Below are positions 1 to 11,100 of a stretch of DNA of 64,000 nt, one piece after another; position 1 is the stretch's first letter, and every line of letters begins with the position of its first letter. The notes beneath the pieces are model-generated. The model had not been told where the DNA came from. It saw nothing but the letters and a program-made list of their open reading frames with translations, and searched no databases. A program made the translations under genes and the position numbers. Source of the stretch: the human T2T-CHM13v2.0 reference genome, Homo sapiens; the NCBI RefSeq assembly GCF_009914755.1, contig NC_060941.1; one strand, given 5' to 3'.

Positions 1-140
1 AACTGGAGAGAAGCATTGTCAGAAACTTCTTTGTGATGATTGCATTCAACTCACAGAGTTGAAGGTTCCTTTTCAAAGAGCAGTTTCCAATCACTCTTTC
101 TGTGGAATCTGCAAGTGGATATTTGGACCTATTTTGAAGA

Positions 141-157
141 TTTCGTTGGAAACGGGA
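141..157 (+). promoter_or_regulatory. CENP-B box (intact); recurs in every HOR
   Basis: TTTCGTTGGAAACGGGA matches NTTCGNNNNANNCGGGN. Confidence 0.95.
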
Positions 158-653
158 GAATCTTCACAGGAAAGCTAAACAGAAGCATTCTCAGAAACTT
201 CTTTGTGATGCTTGCATTCAACTCACAGAGTTGAACTTTCCTTTCGAGAGAGAAGCTTTGAAACACTCTTTTTCCAGAATCTGCAAGTGGACATTTGGAG
301 GGCTTTGAGGCCTGTGGTGGAAAAGGAATTATCTTCCCGTAAAAGCTAGATAGAAGCATTCTCAGAAACTACTTTGTGATGATTGCATTCAAGTCACAGA
401 GTTGAACATTCCCTTTGACAGAGCAGTTTGGAAACTCTCTTTGTGTAGAATCTGCAAGTGGAGATATGGACCGCTTTGAGGCCTATGGTAGTAAAGGAAA
501 TAGCTTCATATAAAAGCTAGACAGTAGCATTCACAGAAAACTCTTGGTGACGACTGAGTTTAACTCACAGAGCTGAACATTCCTTTGGATGGAGCAGTTT
601 CGAAACACACTATTTGTAGAATGTGCAAGTGGATATTTAGGCCTCTCTGAGGA

Positions 654-670
654 TTTCGTTGGAAACGGGA
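654..670 (+). promoter_or_regulatory. CENP-B box (intact; last base A/T polymorphic between HOR copies)
   Basis: TTTCGTTGGAAACGGGA; reads ...CGGGT in 14 of 24 copies. Confidence 0.95.
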
Positions 671-820
671 TAAACCGCACAGAACTAAACAGAAGCATTC
701 TCAGAACCTTCTTCGTGATGTTTGCATTCAACTCACAGTGTTGAACCTTTCTTTGATAGTTCAGGTTTGAAACGGTCTTTCTGCAGAAACTGCAAGTAGA
801 TATTTGGACCGCTCTGAGGA

Positions 821-837
821 TTTCGTTGGAAACGGGA
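821..837 (+). promoter_or_regulatory. CENP-B box (intact)
   Basis: TTTCGTTGGAAACGGGA. Confidence 0.95.
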
Positions 838-988
838 TAACCCGCACAGAACTAAAACAGAAGCATTCTCAGAACCCTCTTCGTGATGTTTGCATTCAAC
901 TCACAGTGCTGAACCTTTCTTTGATAGTTCAGCTTTGAAACACTCTTTTTGTAGAAACTGCAAGTGGATATTTGGTCCTCTCTGAGCA

Positions 989-1005
989 TTTCGTTGGAAA
1001 CGGGA
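989..1005 (+). promoter_or_regulatory. CENP-B box (intact)
   Basis: TTTCGTTGGAAACGGGA. Confidence 0.95.
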
Positions 1006-1323
1006 TAAACTGCACAGAACTAAACAGAAGCATTCTCAGAACCTTCTTCGTGATGTCTGCATTCAACTCACAGTGTGGAACCTTTCTTTGATAGTTCAGG
1101 TTTGAAACACTCTTTTTGTAGAAACTGCAAGGGGATAATTGCACTCTTTGAGGAGTACCGTAGTAAAGGAAATAACTTCCTATAAAAAGAAGACAGAAGC
1201 TTTCTCAGAAAATTCTTTGGGATGATTGAGTTGAACTCACAGAGCTGAGCATTCCTTGCGATGTAGCAGTTTAGAAACACACTTTCTGCAGAATCTGCAA
1301 GTGCATATTTGGACCTCTGTGAG

Positions 1324-1329
1324 GAATTC
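1324..1329. other. EcoRI site defining the 2.7-kb HOR unit
   Basis: GAATTC seen once per 2,715 bp (by eye), consistent with the classical EcoRI 2.7-kb D17Z1 fragment. Confidence 0.85.
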
Positions 1330-1342
1330 GTTGGAAACGGGA
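1326..1342 (+). promoter_or_regulatory. CENP-B box (intact), overlapping the EcoRI site
   Basis: ATTCGTTGGAAACGGGA; all 9 core bases present. Confidence 0.93.
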
Positions 1343-1491
1343 TAATTTCAGCTGACTAAACAGAAGCAGTCTCAGAATCTTCTTTGTGATGTTTGCATTC
1401 AAATCCCCGAGTTGAACTTTCCTTTCAAAGTTCACGTTTGAAACACTCTTTTTGCAGGATCTACAAGTGGATATTTGGACCACTCTGTGTC

Positions 1492-1508
1492 CTTCGTTCG
1501 AAACGGGT
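1492..1508 (+). promoter_or_regulatory. CENP-B box (intact core, W2-type TTCG spacer with an extra CpG)
   Basis: CTTCGTTCGAAACGGGT matches the core consensus. Confidence 0.9.
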
Positions 1509-1662
1509 ATATCTTCACATGACATCTAGACAGAAGCATCCTCAGAAGCTTCTCTGTGATGACTGCATTCAACTCACGGAGTTGAACACTCCTTTTGAGA
1601 GCGCAGTTTTGAAACTCTCTTTCTGTGGCATCTGCAAGGGGACATGTAGACCTCTTTGAAGA

Positions 1663-1679
1663 TTTCGTTGGAAACGGAA
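1663..1679 (+). other. Degenerate CENP-B box (core CGGG changed to CGGA)
   Basis: TTTCGTTGGAAACGGAA has one core base mismatched; same in all copies inspected. Confidence 0.85.
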
Positions 1680-2175
1680 TCATCTTCACATAAAAACTAT
1701 ACAGATGCATTCTCAGGAACTTTTTGGTGATGTTTGTATTCAACTCCCAGAGTTGAACTTTCCTTTGGAAAGAGCAGCTATGAAACACTCTTTTTCTAGA
1801 ATCTGCAAGTGGACGTTTGGAGGGCTTTGTGGTTTGTGGTGGAAAAGGAAATATCTTCACCTAAATACTAGATAGAAGCATTCTCAGAAACTGCTTTGTG
1901 ATGATTGCATTCACCTCACAGAGTTGAACATTCCTATTGATAGAGCAGTTTGGAAACACTCTTGTTGTGGAATGTGCAAGTGGAGATTTGGAGCGCTTTG
2001 AGGCCTATGGTAGTAAAGGGAATAGCTTCATAGAAAAACTAGACAGAAGCATTCTCAGAAAATACTTTGTGATGATTGAGTTTAACTCACAGAGCTGAAC
2101 ATTCCTTTGGATGGAGCAGGTTTGAGACACACTTTTTGTAGAATCTACAAGTGGATATTTGGACCTCTCTGAGGA

Positions 2176-2192
2176 TTTCGTTGGAAACGGGA
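2176..2192 (+). promoter_or_regulatory. CENP-B box (intact)
   Basis: TTTCGTTGGAAACGGGA. Confidence 0.95.
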
Positions 2193-2341
2193 TAACTGCA
2201 CCTAACTAAACGGAAGCATTCTCAGAAACTTCTTGGTGATGTTTGCATTCAAATCCCAGAGTTGAACCTTCCTTTGATAGTTCAGGTTTGAAACACTCTT
2301 TTTGTAGGATGTGCAAGTGGATATTTGGACCACTCTGTGGC

Positions 2342-2358
2342 CTTCGTTCGAAACGGGT
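2342..2358 (+). promoter_or_regulatory. CENP-B box (intact core, W2-type)
   Basis: CTTCGTTCGAAACGGGT. Confidence 0.9.
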
Positions 2359-2512
2359 ATATCTTCGCATAAAATCTAGACAGAAGCCTTCTCAGAAACT
2401 TCTCTGTGATGATTGCATTCAACTCACAGAGTTGAACCCTCCTATGGATAGAGCAGTGTTGAAACTCTCTTTTTGTGGAATCTGCAAGTGGATATGTGGA
2501 CCTCTCCGAAGA

Positions 2513-2529
2513 TGTCTTTGGAAACGGGA
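2513..2529 (+). other. Degenerate CENP-B box (core TTCG changed to GTCT)
   Basis: TGTCTTTGGAAACGGGA has two core bases mismatched. Confidence 0.85.
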
Positions 2530-5430
2530 ATATCTTCACATAAAAACTAAACAGAAGCATTCTCAGAAACTTCTCTGTGATGTTTGTGTTCAACTCCCAG
2601 AGTTTCACATTGCTTTTCATAGAGTAGTTCTGAAACATGCTTTTCGTAGTGTCTACAAGTGGACATTTGGAGCGCTTTCAGGCCTGTGGTGGAAAACGAA
2701 TTATGGTCACATAAAAACTGGAGAGAAGCATTGTCAGAAACTTCTTTGTGATGATTGCATTCAACTCACAGAGTTGAAGGTTCCTTTTCAAAGAGCAGTT
2801 TCCAATCACTCTTTCTGTGGAATCTGCAAGTGGATATTTGGACCTATTTTGAAGATTTCGTTGGAAACGGGAGAATCTTCACAGGAAAGCTAAACAGAAG
2901 CATTCTCAGAAACTTCTTTGTGATGCTTGCATTCAACTCACAGAGTTGAACTTTCCTTTCGAGAGAGAAGCTTTGAAACACTCTTTTTCCAGAATCTGCA
3001 AGTGGACATTTGGAGGGCTTTGAGGCCTGTGGTGGAAAAGGAATTATCTTCCCGTAAAAGCTAGATAGAAGCATTCTCAGAAACTACTTTGTGATGATTG
3101 CATTCAAGTCACAGAGTTGAACATTCCCTTTGACAGAGCAGTTTGGAAACTCTCTTTGTGTAGAATCTGCAAGTGGAGATATGGACCGCTTTGAGGCCTA
3201 TGGTAGTAAAGGAAATAGCTTCATATAAAAGCTAGACAGTAGCATTCACAGAAAACTCTTGGTGATGACTGAGTTTAACTCACAGAGCTGAACATTCCTT
3301 TGGATGGAGCAGTTTCGAAACACACTATTTGTAGAATGTGCAAGTGGATATTTAGGCCTCTCTGAGGATTTCGTTGGAAACGGGATAAACCGCACAGAAC
3401 TAAACAGAAGCATTCTCAGAACCTTCTTCGTGATGTTTGCATTCAACTCACAGTGTTGAACCTTTCTTTGATAGTTCAGGTTTGAAACGGTCTTTCTGCA
3501 GAAACTGCAAGTAGATATTTGGACCTCTCTGAGGATTTCGTTGGAAACGGGATAACCCGCACAGAACTGAAACAGAAGCATTCTCAGAACCCTCTTCGTG
3601 ATGTTTGCATTCAACTCACAGTGCTGAACCTTTCTTTGATAGTTCAGCTTTGAAACACTCTTTTTGTAGAAACTGCAAGTGGATATTTGGTCCTCTCTGA
3701 GGATTTCGTTGGAAACGGGATAAACTGCACAGAACTAAACAGAAGCATTCTCAGAACCTTCTTCGTGATGTCTGCATTCAACTCACAGTGTGGAACCTTT
3801 CTTTGATAGTTCAGGTTTGAAACACTCTTTTTGTAGAAACTGCAAGGGGATAATTGCACTCTTTGAGGAGTACCGTAGTAAAGGAAATAACTTCCTATAA
3901 AAAGAAGACAGAAGCTTTCTCAGAAAATTCTTTGGGATGATTGAGTTGAACTCACAGAGCTGAGCATTCCTTGCGATGTAGCAGTTTAGAAACACACTTT
4001 CTGCAGAATCTGCAAGTGCATATTTGGACCTCTGTGAGGAATTCGTTGGAAACGGGATAATTTCAGCTGACTAAACAGAAGCAGTCTCAGAATCTTCTTT
4101 GTGATGTTTGCATTCAAATCCCCGAGTTGAACTTTCCTTTCAAAGTTCACGTTTGAAACACTCTTTTTGCAGGATCTACAAGTGGATATTTGGACCACTC
4201 TGTGTCCTTCGTTCGAAACGGGTATATCTTCACATGACATCTAGACAGAAGCATCCTCAGAAGCTTCTCTGTGATGACTGCATTCAACTCACGGAGTTGA
4301 ACACTCCTTTTGAGAGCGCAGTTTTGAAACTCTCTTTCTGTGGCATCTGCAAGGGGACATGTAGACCTCTTTGAAGATTTCGTTGGAAACGGAATCATCT
4401 TCACATAAAAACTATACAGATGCATTCTCAGGAACTTTTTGGTGATGTTTGTATTCAACTCCCAGAGTTGAACTTTCCTTTGGAAAGAGCAGCTATGAAA
4501 CACTGTTTTTCTATAATCTGCAAGTGGACGTTTGGAGGGCTTTGTGGTTTGTGGTGGAAAAGGAAATATCTTCACCTAAATACTAGATAGAAGCATTCTC
4601 AGAAACTGCTTTGTGATGATTGCATTCACCTCACAGAGTTGAACATTCCTATTGATAGAGCAGTTTGGAAACACTCTTGTTGTGGAATGTGCAAGTGGAG
4701 ATTTGGAGCGCTTTGAGGCCTATGGTAGTAAAGGGAATAGCTTCATAGAAAAACTAGACAGAAGCATTCTCAGAAAATACTTTGTGATGATTGAGTTTAA
4801 CTCACAGAGCTGAACATTCCTTTGGATGGAGCAGGTTTGAGACACACTTTTTGTAGAATCTACAAGTGGATATTTGGACCTCTCTGAGGATTTCGTTGGA
4901 AACGGGATAACTGCACCTAACTAAACGGAAGCATTCTCAGAAACTTCTTGGTGATGTTTGCATTCAAATCCCAGAGTTGAACCTTCCTTTGATAGTTCAG
5001 GTTTGAAACACTCTTTTTGTAGGATCTGCAAGTGGATATTTGGACCACTCTGTGGCCTTCGTTCGAAACGGGTATATCTTCGCATAAAATCTAGACAGAA
5101 GCCTTCTCAGAAACTTCTCTGTGATGATTGCATTCAACTCACAGAGTTGAACCCTCCTATGGATAGAGCAGTGTTGAAACTCTCTTTTTGTGGAATCTGC
5201 AAGTGGATATGTGGACCTCTCCGAAGATGTCTTTGGAAACGGGAATATCTTCACATAAAAACTAAACAGAAGCATTCTCAGAAACTTCTCTGTGATGTTT
5301 GTGTTCAACTCCCAGAGTTTCACATTGCTTTTCATAGAGTAGTTCTGAAACATGCTTTTCGTAGTGTCTACAAGTGGACATTTGGAGCGCTTTCAGGCCT
5401 GTGGTGGAAAACGAATTATGGTCACATAAA

Positions 5431-8144
5431 AACTGGAGAGAAGCATTGTCAGAAACTTCTTTGTGATGATTGCATTCAACTCACAGAGTTGAAGGTTCCT
5501 TTTCAAAGAGCAGTTTCCAATCACTCTTTCTGTGGAATCTGCAAGTGGATATTTGGACCTATTTTGAAGATTTCGTTGGAAACGGGAGAATCTTCACAGG
5601 AAAGCTAAACAGAAGCATTCTCAGAAACTTCTTTGTGATGCTTGCATTCAACTCACAGAGTTGAACTTTCCTTTCGAGAGAGAAGCTTTGAAACACTCTT
5701 TTTCCAGAATCTGCAAGTGGACATTTGGAGGGCTTTGAGGCCTGTGGTGGAAAAGGAATTATCTTCCCGTAAAAGCTAGATAGAAGCATTCTCAGAAACT
5801 ACTTTGTGATGATTGCATTCAAGTCACAGAGTTGAACATTCCCTTTGACAGAGCAGTTTGGAAACTCTCTTTGTGTAGAATCTGCAAGTGGAGATATGGA
5901 CCGCTTTGAGGCCTATGGTAGTAAAGGAAATAGCTTCATATAAAAGCTAGACAGTAGCATTCACAGAAAACTCTTGGTGACGACTGAGTTTAACTCACAG
6001 AGCTGAACATTCCTTTGGATGGAGCAGTTTCGAAACACACTATTTGTAGAATGTGCAAGTGGATATTTAGGCCTCTCTGAGGATTTCGTTGGAAACGGGA
6101 TAAACCGCACAGAACTAAACAGAAGCATTCTCAGAACCTTCTTCGTGATGTTTGCATTCAACTCACAGTGTTGAACCTTTCTTTGATAGTTCAGGTTTGA
6201 AACGGTCTTTCTGTAGAAACTGCAAGTAGATATTTGGACCGCTCTGAGGATTTCGTTGGAAACGGGATAACCCGCACAGAACTAAAACAGAAGCATTCTC
6301 AGAACCCTCTTCGTGATGTTTGCATTCAACTCACAGTGCTGAACCTTTCTTTGATAGTTCAGCTTTGAAACACTCTTTTTGTAGAAACTGCAAGTGGATA
6401 TTTGGTCCTCTCTGAGGATTTCGTTGGAAACGGGATAAACTGCACAGAACTAAACAGAAGCATTCTCAGAACCTTCTTCGTGATGTCTGCATTCAACTCA
6501 CAGTGTGGAACCTTTCTTTGATAGTTCAGGTTTGAAACACTCTTTTTGTAGAAACTGCAAGGGGATAATTGCACTCTTTGAGGAGTACCGTAGTAAAGGA
6601 AATAACTTCCTATAAAAAGAAGACAGAAGCTTTCTCAGAAAATTCTTTGGGATGATTGAGTTGAACTCACAGAGCTGAGCATTCCTTGCGATGTAGCAGT
6701 TTAGAAACACACTTTCTGCAGAATCTGCAAGTGCATATTTGGACCTCTGTGAGGAATTCGTTGGAAACGGGATAATTTCAGCTGACTAAACAGAAGCAGT
6801 CTCAGAATCTTCTTTGTGATGTTTGCATTCAAATCCCAGAGTTGAACTTTCCTTTCAAAGTTCACGTTTGAAACACTCTTTTTGCAGGATCTACAAGTGG
6901 ATATTTGGACCACTCTGTGTCCTTCGTTCGAAACGGGTATATCTTAACATGACATCTAGACAGAAGCATCCTCAGAAGCTTCCTGTGATGACTGCATTCA
7001 ACTCACGGAGTTGAACACTCCTTTTGAGAGCGCAGTTTTGAAACTCTCTTTCTGTGGCATCTGCAAGGGGACATGTAGACCTCTTTGAAGATTTCGTTGG
7101 AAACGGAATCATCTTCACATAAAAACTACACAGATGCATTCTCAGGAACTTTTTGGTGATGTTTGTATTCAACTCCCAGAGTTGAACTTTCCTTTGGAAA
7201 GAGCAGCTATGAAACACTCTTTTTCTAGAATCTGCAAGTGGACGTTTGGAGGGCTTTGTGGTTTGTGGTGGAAAAGGAAATATCTTCACCTAAATACTAG
7301 ATAGAAGCATTCTCAGAAACTGCTTTGTGATGATTGCATTCACCTCACAGAGTTGAACATTCCTATTGATAGAGCAGTTTGGAAACACTCTTGTTGTGGA
7401 ATGTGCAAGTGGAGATTTGGAGCGCTTTGAGGTCTATGGTAGTAAAGGGAATAGCTTCATAGAAAAACTAGACAGAAGCATTCTCAGAAAATACTTTGTG
7501 ATGATTGAGTTTAACTCACAGAGCTGAACATTCCTTTGGATGGAGCAGGTTTGAGACACACTTTTTGTAGAATCTACAAGTGGATATTTGGACCTCTCTG
7601 AGGATTTCGTTGGAAACGGGATAACTGCACCTAACTAAACGGAAGCATTCTCAGAAACTTCTTGGTGATGTTTGCATTCAAATCCCAGAGTTGAACCTTC
7701 CTTTGATAGTTCAGGTTTGAAACACTCTTTTTGTAGGATCTGCAAGTGGATATTTGGACCACTCTGTGGCCTTCGTTCGAAACGGGTATATCTTCGCATA
7801 AAATCTAGACAGAAGCCTTCTCAGAAACTTCTCTGTGATGATTGCATTCAACTCACAGAGTTGAACCCTCCTATGGATAGAGCAGTGTTGAAACTCTCTT
7901 TTTGTGGAATCTGCAAGTGGATATGTGGACCTCTCCGAAGATGTCTTTGGAAACGGGAATATCTTCACATAAAAACTAAACAGAAGCATTCTCAGAAACT
8001 TCTCTGTGATGTTTGTGTTCAACTCCCAGAGTTTCACATTGCTTTTCATAGAGTAGTTCTGAAACATGCTTTTCGTAGTGTCTACAAGTGGACATTTGGA
8101 GCGCTTTCAGGCCTGTGGTGGAAAACGAATTATGGTCACATAAA
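5431..8144 (+). repeat. HOR copy 3, 2,714 bp (only length variant in the window)
   Basis: AAGCTTCCTGTG at 6976-6987 versus AAGCTTCTCTGTG in other copies; all downstream ORF coordinates shift by -1. Confidence 0.92.
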
Positions 8145-11100
8145 AACTGGAGAGAAGCATTGTCAGAAACTTCTTTGTGATGATTGCATTCAACTCACAG
8201 AGTTGAAGGTTCCTTTTCAAAGAGCAGTTTCCAATCACTCTTTCTGTGGAATCTGCAAGTGGATATTTGGACCTATTTTGAAGATTTCGTTGGAAACGGG
8301 AGAATCTTCACAGGAAAGCTAAACAGAAGCATTCTCAGAAACTTCTTTGTGATGCTTGCATTCAACTCACAGAGTTGAACTTTCCTTTCGAGAGAGAAGC
8401 TTTGAAACACTCTTTTTCCAGAATCTGCAAGTGGACATTTGGAGGGCTTTGAGGCCTGTGGTGGAAAAGGAATTATCTTCCCGTAAAAGCTAGATAGAAG
8501 CATTCTCAGAAACTACTTTGTGATGATTGCATTCAAGTCACAGAGTTGAACATTCCCTTTGACAGAGCAGTTTGGAAACTCTCTTTGTGTAGAATCTGCA
8601 AGTGGAGATATGGACCGCTTTGAGGCCTATGGTAGTAAAGGAAATAGCTTCATATAAAAGCTAGACAGTAGCATTCACAGAAAACTCTTGGTGACGACTG
8701 AGTTTAACTCACAGAGCTGAACATTCCTTTGGATGGAGCAGTTTCGAAACACACTATTTGTAGAATGTGCAAGTGGATATTTAGGCCTCTCTGAGGATTT
8801 CGTTGGAAACGGGATAAACCGCACAGAACTAAACAGAAGCATTCTCAGAACCTTCTTCGTGATGTTTGCATTCAACTCACAGTGTTGAACCTTTCTTTGA
8901 TAGTTCAGGTTTGAAACGGTCTTTCTGTAGAAACTGCAAGTAGATATTTGGACCGCTCTGAGGATTTCGTTGGAAACGGGATAACCCGCACAGAACTGAA
9001 ACAGAAGCATTCTCAGAACCCTCTTCGTGATGTTTGCATTCAACTCACAGTGCTGAACCTTTCTTTGATAGTTCAGCTTTGAAACACTCTTTTTGTAGAA
9101 ACTGCAAGTGGATATTTGGTCCTCTCTGAGGATTTCGTTGGAAACGGGATAAACTGCACAGAACTAAACAGAAGCATTCTCAGAACCTTCTTCGTGATGT
9201 CTGCATTCAACTCACAGTGTGGAACCTTTCTTTGATAGTTCAGGTTTGAAACACTCTTTTTGTAGAAACTGCAAGGGGATAATTGCACTCTTTGAGGAGT
9301 ACCGTAGTAAAGGAAATAACTTCCTATAAAAAGAAGACAGAAGCTTTCTCAGAAAATTCTTTGGGATGATTGAGTTGAACTCACAGAGCTGAGCATTCCT
9401 TGCGATGTAGCAGTTTAGAAACACACTTTCTGCAGAATCTGCAAGTGCATATTTGGACCTCTGTGAGGAATTCGTTGGAAACGGGATAATTTCAGCTGAC
9501 TAAACAGAAGCAGTCTCAGAATCTTCTTTGTGATGTTTGCATTCAAATCCCCGAGTTGAACTTTCCTTTCAAAGTTCACGTTTGAAACACTCTTTTTGCA
9601 GGATCTACAAGTGGATATTTGGACCACTCTGTGTCCTTCGTTCGAAACGGGTATATCTTCACATGACATCTAGACAGAAGCATCCTCAGAAGCTTCTCTG
9701 TGATGACTGCATTCAACTCACGGAGTTGAACACTCCTTTTGAGAGCGCAGTTTTGAAACTCTCTTTCTGTGGCATCCGCAAGGGGACATGTAGACCTCTT
9801 TGAAGATTTCGTTGGAAACGGAATCATCTTCACATAAAAACTACACAGATGCATTCTCAGGAACTTTTTGGTGATGTTTGTATTCAACTCCCAGAGTTGA
9901 ACTTTCCTTTGGAAAGAGCAGCTATGAAACACTGTTTTTCTAGAATCTGCAAGTGGACGTTTGGAGGGCTTTGTGGTTTGTGGTGGAAAAGGAAATATCT
10001 TCACCTAAATACTAGATAGAAGCATTCTCAGAAACTGCTTTGTGATGATTGCATTCACCTCACAGAGTTGAACATTCCTATTGATAGAGCAGTTTGGAAA
10101 CACTCTTGTTGTGGAATGTGCAAGTGGAGATTTGGAGCGCTTTGAGGCCTATGGTAGTAAAGGGAATAGCTTCATAGAAAAACTAGACAGAAGCATTCTC
10201 AGAAAATACTTTGTGATGATTGAGTTTAACTCACAGAGCTGAACATTCCTTTGGATGGAGCAGGTTTGAGACACACTTTTTGTAGAATCTACAAGTGGAT
10301 ATTTGGACCTCTCTGAGGATTTCGTTGGAAACGGGATAACTGCACCTAACTAAACGGAAGCATTCTCAGAAACTTCTTGGTGATGTTTGCATTCAAATCC
10401 CAGAGTTGAACCTTCCTTTGATAGTTCAGGTTTGAAACACTCTTTTTGTAGGATCTGCAAGTGGATATTTGGACCACTCTGTGGCCTTCGTTCGAAACGG
10501 GTATATCTTCGCATAAAATCTAGACAGAAGCCTTCTCAGAAACTTCTCTGTGATGATTGCATTCAACTCACAGAGTTGAACCCTCCTATGGATAGAGCAG
10601 TGTTGAAACTCTCTTTTTGTGGAATCTGCAAGTGGATATGTGGACCTCTCCGAAGATGTCTTTGGAAACGGGAATATCTTCACATAAAAACTAAACAGAA
10701 GCATTCTCAGAAACTTCTCTGTGATGTTTGTGTTCAACTCCCAGAGTTTCACATTGCTTTTCATAGAGTAGTTCTGAAACATGCTTTTCGTAGTGTCTAC
10801 AAGTGGACATTTGGAGCGCTTTCAGGCCTGTGGTGGAAAACGAATTATGGTCACATAAAAACTGGAGAGAAGCATTGTCAGAAACTTCTTTGTGATGATT
10901 GCATTCAACTCACAGAGTTGAAGGTTCCTTTTCAAAGAGCAGTTTCCAATCACTCTTTCTGTGGAATCTGCAAGTGGATATTTGGACCTATTTTGAAGAT
11001 TTCGTTGGAAACGGGAGAATCTTCACAGGAAAGCTAAACAGAAGCATTCTCAGAAACTTCTTTGTGATGCTTGCATTCAACTCACAGAGTTGAACTTTCC

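Larger units (their letters stand above)
630..1130 (+). repeat. Internal tandem triplication of a ~167-168-bp W1-like monomer within each HOR
   Basis: A block GATTTCGTTGGAAACGGGATAA.C.GCACAGAACTAAA(A)CAGAAGCATTCTCAGAACC.TCTTCGTGATGT.TGCATTCAACTCACAGTG..GAACCTTTCTTTGATAGTTCAG.TTTGAAAC occurs three times, at about 652, 819 and 987. These copies resemble each other far more than they resemble other monomers. Recurs every 2,715 bp. Confidence 0.9.
9..2723 (+). repeat. One complete 16-monomer HOR unit (representative)
   Basis: Monomer starts anchored on AGAAGCATT-like motifs at 9, 181, 352, 523, 691, 859, 1026, 1195, 1362, 1532, 1703, 1874, 2045, 2212, 2382 and 2553 (next at 2724). Lengths are 172,171,171,168,168,167,169,167,170,171,171,171,167,170,171,171. 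Box-type pattern is B A A B B B A B B b A A B B b A (b = degenerate box). Inferred SF3 types are W3 W4 W5 W1 W1 W1 W5 W1 W2 W3 W4 W5 W1 W2 W3 W4. Confidence 0.93.

Noticed and set aside
509-516. TATA-like TATAAAAG (also TATAAAAA at 1181)
   Set aside because: This is an AT-rich monomer-end variant expected by chance, with no supporting promoter context visible in the sequence.
2243-2893. 216-aa + strand ORF repeated in all 23 HOR copies, Cys/His/Lys-rich with a ~57-aa internal repeat
   Set aside because: It starts at TTG, and its internal repeat is simply 171 bp/3. It has no recognisable domain (not a true zinc finger). Conservation among copies reflects satellite homogenisation, not coding constraint.
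3246-3614. Extended 122-aa minus-strand ORF only in copies 2, 4 and 5
   Set aside because: It results from a single SNV at offset 854 that removes a stop codon. It is useful as a haplotype marker only.
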